From Eubacteriales bacterium (GTDB taxonomy: Bacteria > Bacillota > Clostridia > Oscillospirales > CAG-272): a stretch of 64,000 bases of DNA. The stretch is from positions 4,776 through 68,775 of the forward strand of contig JBGVRO010000062.1 of NCBI GenBank assembly GCA_045128515.1, in the 5' to 3' direction. Of this stretch, positions 33,548 to 39,893 are shown one piece after another. Each line of letters starts with the position of its first letter. The stretch's first letter is position 1. The notes below the pieces were generated by a model. The model saw only the letters and a program-made list of their open reading frames with translations. It did no database searches and was not told the origin of the DNA. The position numbers were made by a program, and so were the translations under genes.

Positions 33548-33612
33548 ATCTACCTCCGCTTATTTCTTGTAAATTTTATCGTTATCGTAAATCTAATCGT
33601 AGTGTATACGTA

Positions 33613-33641
33613 ATTATATCACAAAAATATGCAAAATTCAA
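33613..33641 (-). promoter_or_regulatory. sigma-A-type promoter for the WYL gene
   Basis: On the minus strand: TTGAAT (33636..33641), 17 nt, TATAAT (33613..33618). The leader carries three ACGAT direct repeats (33578..33600). Confidence 0.5.
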
Positions 33642-33657
33642 CATCTACGATGATAAT

Positions 33658-33924
33658 TCAGTTCTTTTTTATTATATCAAGTATCATTTGTGCTCCTAGT
33701 TTGAAAGCATATTCGAAGATAGCTGCTTCTGCGCGGCTCACGTATTCATCCCAGCAGTCGTGTAGCTTCTCATACAGTTCCTTTTGCTCTGCATTAAAGG
33801 TCTTATCTAAATCCTCGTGATGCCTGGCGATGTAGCCTAGCAGTTCCTTCATCTCTTTTGTGTTCGTTCTGCTGTCCTCTTGGGGCACGATATTTCCGTG
33901 CCATAGTTCTTTTATTATGTTCAT
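33658..33924 (-). CDS. hypothetical small helical protein
   Basis: ATG at 33924 with a GGAGG RBS. MNIIKELWHGNIVPQE... 88 aa. Confidence 0.5.
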   Translation of the reverse strand: MNIIKELWHGNIVPQEDSRTNTKEMKELLGYIARHHEDLDKTFNAEQKELYEKLHDCWDEYVSRAEAAIFEYAFKLGAQMILDIIKKN

Positions 33925-34102
33925 TCTTATTACCTCCGGTAGCACAACACAATACCACACAAATTTCGTAAAGTCCAGACTTTTGGAGAAAGAAAAAACG
34001 ACGATTTTACTCGTCGCTATTCTTTGTTTCAGGCAGTAAAGATTTTTGCCATTGTGTTTTGTCGTCCATGCTATAGTTCCTCAAGAAAATGCATAAAATA
34101 AT

Positions 34103-34131
34103 ATTGACAAAATCACGGTATCGTGATATAA
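34103..34131 (+). promoter_or_regulatory. consensus sigma-A promoter with embedded inverted repeat
   Basis: TTGACA (34103..34108), 17 nt, TATAAT (34126..34131). The spacer contains ATCACG-GTAT-CGTGAT. Confidence 0.7.
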
Positions 34132-34165
34132 TATTAATGCAAGTAATTGAAAAAGGAGTTTTCCA

Positions 34166-34420
34166 ATGCCTGTATTATCTCAATTTTACGGAATTATAAT
34201 TAGAATGTACTTTTTGCAAAGTGAGCACAATCCTCCGCACATTCACGCAATCTACAACGAGGATGTTGCTGCTATAGATTTTATGACGGGTGAGGTTCTT
34301 GAAGGTCATCTTCCGCCCAAAGCTTTGAGCATGGTTAAGGAGTGGCTCGCGCTCCATAAGAACACCTTGATGGAGATTTGGAAGACACAAGAATTCAAGA
34401 AGATACCGCCGCTGGAATAA
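34166..34420 (+). CDS. DUF4160-family protein
   Basis: FYGIIIRMYF...EHNPPHIHA is the family hallmark. RBS AAAGGAG. Confidence 0.75.
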   Translation: MPVLSQFYGIIIRMYFLQSEHNPPHIHAIYNEDVAAIDFMTGEVLEGHLPPKALSMVKEWLALHKNTLMEIWKTQEFKKIPPLE

Positions 34421-34431
34421 GGAGATTTACT

Positions 34432-34872
34432 ATGTTTCACAAAATAAAAAACATTTCGGCTTTGCCGGATTTTAAGCTCTCGGCTCAGTTCTCCGAGGGA
34501 GTAACAAAAATTTACGACGTTAAGCCTTTGTTTGAGAAAATACCGTTCTTTGCTACGCTCAAGGATCAGCCCGAAGTCTTTGCTTCGGTAACCGTTGATG
34601 TCGGTGGCTACGGCATCGTTTGGAATGATGAGCTCGACCTTTCTTGTGATGAGCTTTGGGAGAACGGTGTGCAAGTTGATACCCCCTTCGACGGACTCCT
34701 GGCATTTAGTGACGCGACTGAACTTTGGGGACTTAACGAGAGCACTCTCCGCAAGGCAATCACCTACGGCAAGCTCGTGAACGGAGTTGACGTGTGCAAG
34801 TTTGGCAAGCAGTGGGTCGTGTCAATCGAAGCCATGAAACGCGAGTACGGCAACGCTGGGGATCGCGTATAA
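34432..34872 (+). CDS. DUF2442-family protein with C-terminal helix-turn-helix extension
   Basis: The pattern ...LSAQFSEGVTKIYDV...VDVGGYGIVWNDELDLSCDELW is DUF2442-like. The C-terminus ATELWGLNESTLRKAITYGKL is HTH-like. ATG at 34432 with a GGAG RBS. Confidence 0.65.
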   Translation: MFHKIKNISALPDFKLSAQFSEGVTKIYDVKPLFEKIPFFATLKDQPEVFASVTVDVGGYGIVWNDELDLSCDELWENGVQVDTPFDGLLAFSDATELWGLNESTLRKAITYGKLVNGVDVCKFGKQWVVSIEAMKREYGNAGDRV

Positions 34873-35305
34873 TATCGAGCCGGTATTCTTTGTTTAGTGT
34901 TGACTAATTTTCGATCAGTGCAAGGCGCTTTTCATTGTCTTAGGCATAGTGATTTTTCACGATTGATCTTTGTATAAGGCTGATAAGATTTTTATCATCA
35001 AAAGCTCTTGCTTTTTCTTCGTTTTAGAGTTACAATACAGCAAACCAAGCGTATATTTCGTGCATATTTCTTAACACGGGTACGGTTTGTTAATGGGGGA
35101 GAAAAGTTCATTAACTTTCAATTTTCCATTTTCAACTGTCCACTGTCAAACCGTTTGCAAAGCAAAAACGGTTTGACCACATAACTGACCACAACGGGAA
35201 TTGTTCTATACGGAAACAACGGAAACAATGTGCAAAATGGTGCGTTTTAGCGGAATATACGGACTATATGTAAACAAAAGTGTTGAAAAAACGAATAAAG
35301 GTCGC

Positions 35306-35354
35306 TTCGGGTACTGGAGGCCTGGAGTTCGAATCTCCACACTTCGACCAAAAA
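35306..35354 (+). repeat. attR: displaced 3' part of tRNA-Pro (positions 32-76 plus 4 nt)
   Basis: 49/49 identical to 7014..7062. Followed by its own hairpin GAAAAGAGAGCC...GGTTCTCTTTTC plus a T-run. Confidence 0.9.
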
Positions 35355-35515
35355 AGGAAAAGAGAGCCCTTGCGGTTCTCTTTTCTTTTTTTGCCGGTGT
35401 GGGTGATGAGAACTACATTCTTGCGCAGCAAGAAGGAGTTCGTTTTTCAAACGAAGCCGTCGAAAAGCTTGCTTTTCAGTGGCAAGTGCAGAAATTCTGC
35501 CCTAAAGGGCAGTAC

Positions 35516-35536
35516 CTCCACACTTCGACCAAAAAG
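35516..35536 (+). repeat. older tRNA 3'-end remnant
   Basis: CTCCACACTTCGACCAAAAAG is identical to the tRNA 3' end. Followed by the hairpin AGAGATAGGGTC...GACCCTATCTCT. Confidence 0.7.
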
Positions 35537-35795
35537 AGATAGGGTCGCCCTTGCGATGACCCTATCTCTTTTCCTTTTGGTCGATGTGTTGCTCGATTCG
35601 ACTCCATTTGCGCCTTGCGCAAAGGAGTATTGCCGCTCGGGGGTTAATAAGTGCTAATTCCGCTTTTTGTACTACCGTAGCTTCCATCTCCTCGCCGGGC
35701 AAGATACCGCAAGCGGTATGCGCATATCCCTTACGAAGATCGACAAGCTTGCTTGTCAGGCGAAGTAAGAGGATATCTTCACCAAAGGTGAATAC

Positions 35796-35816
35796 CTCCA
35801 CACTTCGACCAAAAAG
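35796..35816 (+). repeat. older tRNA 3'-end remnant
   Basis: The same 21-mer. It shares the upstream TAC context with the 35516 copy rather than with the live tRNA. Followed by the hairpin AAAAACAGCCTA...TAGGCTGTTTTT. Confidence 0.7.
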
Positions 35817-36510
35817 TGCATTTTGCACTAGAAAAACAGCCTATTTCGCAGGATTTAGGCTGTTTTTTCTTTGTTTTATTATAATCGGGAGAAGTCCTTT
35901 TTTATCCCTTATTCGAACATCAAGAAAAGTTCAGGATATTCTGATTGAAGCTAATGTGCTTGGAAAGCTTTACGCAGTAAACACAAAAAAATAGACTCGC
36001 CTAACCTTAAGGTCGCTAAAAATAGCGTTGCCCGTGGGTATGACAGAGTCTACGGATATAGTATAGCACAATTTTTGAAAGATGTCAATGGGGTATTTGA
36101 CGATACGTTTTCCACCGATGTTTATCAAAAACTTGGCACTACACGCAGGAACAGTGATTTTTCCAAAAATCTGATGTACTCGGAGAGAGACTATAGCGAA
36201 GGCTTAAGTGCAGAAGACAAAGCAGTCGCAGACAAAGTCATCAAGAGCCTCAAGCAACAGAAGATGGCATCCACGTATGGTGTCAGAAATTTAGCAACAT
36301 ATACTGCAGATCGAATGAGCTAAGGTCGTGCTATACCGTAGGGAAACTTCATCCAAAAGAATACACGCCCAATAAGAAAAAACCGACGGCATAAGCCTCG
36401 GGTGCTAAAGGACAGTAAAATAGCCAATACGGAATAAAATCCATATTGACTATTTTTTATTGCACCGCCGCGTTCGGTGGTGAGTAAGTGCGCATTTCCT
36501 GATAGTTTTG

Positions 36511-36690
36511 AGTGATATGCTGTCTTCGACAGCGTGATATTTTTGCTACCGCAAAAGTGATATTACTCTGCAGGCAGAGCGGTTATATTCTATTCGCCCA
36601 TAAACTTGCGTAGCAAATACCACTCGTCGCAAGACGAATATCACTGCGATGCAATATAACTCGCCGGGAGGCGAATAGAGTTGGCGTTGT
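36511..36690. repeat. degenerate ~23-nt tandem units, each GTGATAT-like word plus a different short hairpin
   Basis: GAGTGATAT-GCTGTC-TTC-GACAGC, then GTGATAT-TTTTGC-TAC-CGCAAAA, then GTGATAT-TACTCTGC-AG-GCAGAG, then GGTTATAT... The block sits inside a 13-bp long-range inverted repeat (36377..36389 / 36716..36728). Confidence 0.5.
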
Positions 36691-36737
36691 GTCCTTAGGG
36701 ACCCAACGCCTAAACCGTCGGTTTTTTATCTGAAAAA

Positions 36738-37214
36738 TTAGCCGTTGTTCTGAAGGAACTGCTCAAGAGAGATCTTTCCGTCGTTAAGATCGGAGAGCTG
36801 ATCGTTGTACTTATCAATGGTATGGCACGCGATGGAAACCATATACTTGAAAAGCTCCTCGCCAAGGAGGCTCTCTCTGAAGCTTGCGGTAAGTCTGAAC
36901 ATGATATGACCCTCATCAAGGTCGAAGTCAAAGCTACCGTCAGCAAGAACGTAGTTGATAACGCAGGTTGCAACAGCACCCTCAACGCGCTTGTCGGAGT
37001 TCATCTTGAAAGGAAGGAGCGAAAGAAGTCTTACAAGCTGTCTTTCCGCATCGATGATGATAAGGAAGTTCATGGGAAGATCGTCGCCGCCAACGCCGAA
37101 CATGATCTTCAGCTCATCTTCCATTCTGTTATATTTCCAGCCAATATTATCAAGTGCTCTGCAAAGGGTGTTATATGCTTCCTTTGCATACATTAACTTT
37201 TTGCTATCTTCCAT
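36738..37214 (-). CDS. YbjN-like (type III secretion chaperone-like fold) protein
   Basis: The pattern ...LCRALDNIGWKYNRMEDELKIMFGVGGDDLPMNFLIIIDAERQLVRL... is typical of the YbjN family. Paralogue of the next gene. Confidence 0.55.
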   Translation of the reverse strand: MEDSKKLMYAKEAYNTLCRALDNIGWKYNRMEDELKIMFGVGGDDLPMNFLIIIDAERQLVRLLSLLPFKMNSDKRVEGAVATCVINYVLADGSFDFDLDEGHIMFRLTASFRESLLGEELFKYMVSIACHTIDKYNDQLSDLNDGKISLEQFLQNNG

Positions 37215-37219
37215 TTTTC

Positions 37220-37699
37220 TTACTCCTTTGTAAATTTAATGAAGTCCTCAAGCGACATTGCGTGCTTAACTACCATAAGAAGCTTGTCGTTATAATTATC
37301 AACGGTTGCGCAGGAAACGTAGAGCATATACTGGAATGCATCCTTGCCAACAAGGCTTTCTCTGAAGCTGGTGGTTAATCTGAAAATAATTGCGCCGCTT
37401 GCGAGATTATAGTCAAAGCTACCGTCAACCATATTATAGTTTGCTGCTGTAACTGCAACCGCGCCGAGAACTCTCTCCTCCTCCGGAACCTTGAAGGGGA
37501 GCTGGGAAAGAAGGGTAACAAGCTGCTTGTCAGCATCAACGCTGATTCTGATGTCAATAGGAAGGTCCTCTCCGTTTGCTCCGCACTCTATGCGAAGATT
37601 CTCATCATCTCTCTGATACTTCCAATCCTGGTCGTCAAGCATAGCACAGAGGGTGTTGAAGGCGTTCTGCGCCTGTTTCATTTCCTTTAAATCTGCCAT
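37220..37699 (-). CDS. YbjN-like protein (paralogue)
   Basis: Collinear with 36738..37214 (LCAMLDDQDWKYQRDDENLRIECGANGEDLPIDIRISVDADKQLVTL). Confidence 0.55.
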   Translation of the reverse strand: MADLKEMKQAQNAFNTLCAMLDDQDWKYQRDDENLRIECGANGEDLPIDIRISVDADKQLVTLLSQLPFKVPEEERVLGAVAVTAANYNMVDGSFDYNLASGAIIFRLTTSFRESLVGKDAFQYMLYVSCATVDNYNDKLLMVVKHAMSLEDFIKFTKE

Positions 37700-37719
37700 T
37701 TGCCTATTTCTCCTTTAAA

Positions 37720-39738
37720 TTAATTTACAAAACCGATCTTACTGCTCTTCTTCTCTGCGGCGAAGGAGAATTCCTTGTCGCTGATAGAACGCTCAAAATC
37801 GTCCTTGATCAAAATAATGTCGCCAATTTTCTCGAGCTGGCATCTCATAGAAGCCTTCGCCCACGTTCTCTCGAACAGGTTGCGAACGAATCTGGCATTA
37901 CTGAATTCCTTAGAGGTTAAAACATGGTCGGGAATACTCATAAAGTATTCCTTTGCCGCATCAAGCATATCGTCGTTGTAGCCGAAGCGACCCTTAACCA
38001 TAGATACGAATATATCGTAAAGCTGTTCTCTTGTAAAGTTGGGGAACTCAATTACGTAGGGCATTCTGCTGGCAAGACCTGCGTTGCCCTCCATAAGAGT
38101 ATTCATATCATCTGTATAGCCCGCCATAATTACCACAAGGTCGGTGCGATGGTTCTCCATCTCGGCAATAAGAGTGTCAAGCGCCTCTCTGCCGTAATCA
38201 CGGTCATTACCGTCACCGCGGTAAAGCGAATACGCCTCGTCGATAAACAGAACAGAGCCGTAGGCATCTCTGCAGATAGCCGCAGTCTTGGGAGCAGTCT
38301 CGCCTATATAACGGCCGCACAGGTCTCTGCCTGCAAACTCGTAGAAATTACCCACTCGGAGAATTCCCTTCTCCTTAAGGATCTTACCAACGATTCTTGC
38401 AACGGTGGTCTTACCTGTACCGGGGTTACCCACGAATCTCATATGTATACAGGGTATCTGAACGTCGGGACTGCGTCTTGCAAACTCGATCTGGGCGATG
38501 ATCTCGTTGATCTTCGACTTGAATACCTCGCCGCCCACCATATTATCAAGCATATCGTAGCCCGAGATGGCAGAATCAAGAAGGCTTACGCATATCTGCG
38601 ACGAATCGTCAAGGGTTATATTGGTATCGCTCTTGCCACCGCGTGCATTGGAAAGCTGTTTCTTATAAAGAAGCTCCTTAACGACCTTTCTGACGGTGTT
38701 GACACCGTAGAACTTTCCGTCTCTCTTTTCCTCTGCAATACGGCTATGGAAGCCCTGCCAAGCCTCGTCGGACATAGTAAATCCATATCTCTCAAGCTCG
38801 GTGTTGGCACAAGCCTGAAGCTCCTCCTTATCAAAGGGAGCAATAGAAACGGTACGGATAAACATAAGGTCATTAAGCGAAAGTCTGATCTTATTCAAAA
38901 CCTCCTTGTCCACGAAGGGAACGCGGAAGATGATGATAGATTCGGACATATGCTTGGAGATCTCAACAAGTAATTTCTTGAAGGAACGGCTGTTCGTCTT
39001 ATTGATCCACTCGCTGATGTCAATGCAGATGATCTTGATGCTGTTCTTTCTTGAGAATCTGAAATGATTTGATACGGATTCGAACAGATCGTCACCGTCG
39101 CCCTTAGGCGCAGGAAGTGTCTCCTCGACCACACCATCGACAGAAGAAACGCCGTTAATGTTAAGCGACTTCAAAAGATTTTCAAGGGCGGAAAGATATG
39201 TAGTAAGTCCGTAACCGTCGTTTACGGAGAACAGATATGCCTGATAGGAAAGAATATCGAAGGTCTTGTTCTTAATGATCTGGGGAGCGATGTCCACGAT
39301 CTCCTTGGCAAGAGCCTTGAATTCCTCTGCGCCGACAAGCTTGTCAATCTCATCAAGCGCCTTCTCCATACCCGACGCATCCTTTGTCTCGGTGCTCTCG
39401 CCGGGCTCGCTATTCTGCTTCGGCTGTTCGGCAGGCTTCTTCTCCGGTTCGGAAGAGACCTCGTCCTTGGCTACGTGAGTCTTGATAAGCAGAACGCTGT
39501 TGTCATCTGCAAGAGAATAATGCTCGCAGAATATCTTGCGAATCTGAGCGACGATGGTGTCTGCACTGTCGCTACCCTTAACGTTAAGAACAAACTCGGT
39601 AATGCCGGAATCCTCAACCTCAAGCTTACCTGCAAACTTATCACCAACGACCTTTATAAGATAGTCAACGGGAAGGATGTCATCCTCGCGGTGAGAAAGC
39701 ACCCAAGAGCCCGAAAGTGATATAACTAATTTGACCAT
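37720..39738 (-). CDS. SpoVK/CbxX-type AAA+ ATPase with long N-terminal region (degenerate first ATPase-like module)
   Basis: C-terminal module: Walker A FVGNPGTGKTTVAR, Walker B VLFIDEAYSL and ...VIMAGYTDDM.... The N-terminal 400 aa lack a Walker A. Confidence 0.7.
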   Translation of the reverse strand: MVKLVISLSGSWVLSHREDDILPVDYLIKVVGDKFAGKLEVEDSGITEFVLNVKGSDSADTIVAQIRKIFCEHYSLADDNSVLLIKTHVAKDEVSSEPEKKPAEQPKQNSEPGESTETKDASGMEKALDEIDKLVGAEEFKALAKEIVDIAPQIIKNKTFDILSYQAYLFSVNDGYGLTTYLSALENLLKSLNINGVSSVDGVVEETLPAPKGDGDDLFESVSNHFRFSRKNSIKIICIDISEWINKTNSRSFKKLLVEISKHMSESIIIFRVPFVDKEVLNKIRLSLNDLMFIRTVSIAPFDKEELQACANTELERYGFTMSDEAWQGFHSRIAEEKRDGKFYGVNTVRKVVKELLYKKQLSNARGGKSDTNITLDDSSQICVSLLDSAISGYDMLDNMVGGEVFKSKINEIIAQIEFARRSPDVQIPCIHMRFVGNPGTGKTTVARIVGKILKEKGILRVGNFYEFAGRDLCGRYIGETAPKTAAICRDAYGSVLFIDEAYSLYRGDGNDRDYGREALDTLIAEMENHRTDLVVIMAGYTDDMNTLMEGNAGLASRMPYVIEFPNFTREQLYDIFVSMVKGRFGYNDDMLDAAKEYFMSIPDHVLTSKEFSNARFVRNLFERTWAKASMRCQLEKIGDIILIKDDFERSISDKEFSFAAEKKSSKIGFVN

Positions 39739-39842
39739 TTTCTGCTACCTCTCATTTTTCCTTGAAAAAATATCTCTACATTGTACATTATAACATTTTT
39801 ATTGCCAAAAAGCAAGGTATTTTTATACATTTTTACAACAAA

Positions 39843-39875
39843 CAGGCTGCTCCTGGTGTATACCAAGGCAGCCTG
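39843..39875 (-). terminator. terminator after the 740-aa membrane-protein gene
   Basis: CAGGCTGC...GCAGCCTG stem, followed on the minus strand by TTTGTTGT. Confidence 0.5.
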
Positions 39876-39893
39876 CGCAATAATTATTTGATT

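Larger units (their letters stand above)
7014..35354. mobile_element. ~28.3-kb integrative genomic island at tRNA-Pro (attL 7014..7062, attR 35306..35354)
   Basis: A perfect 49-bp direct repeat starts in the anticodon loop. The interval holds two tyrosine integrases, a LexA/S24-like repressor and defence-type cargo. No phage structural or conjugation genes are recognisable. Confidence 0.85.

Noticed and set aside
7014-35354. Prophage or conjugative element (ICE)
   Set aside because: No terminase, portal, capsid, tail or lysis genes, and no relaxase, coupling protein or T4SS genes, are recognisable. Only integrases, small regulators and cargo are present, so I call it a genomic island that may be mobilisable.
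35201-35994. ORFs of 60-136 aa across the attR and remnant region (35201..35542, 35247..35450, 35280..35657, 35562..35828, 35584..35994)
   Set aside because: They overlap each other in several frames and span tRNA remnants and terminator hairpins. None has an RBS or motifs.
36075-36323. 82-aa + strand ORF (MKDVNGVFDD...)
   Set aside because: It has a TTG start without an RBS and is isolated in debris between att remnants and repeat arrays. It may be a C-terminal fragment of a lost gene, but I cannot support it as a functional CDS.
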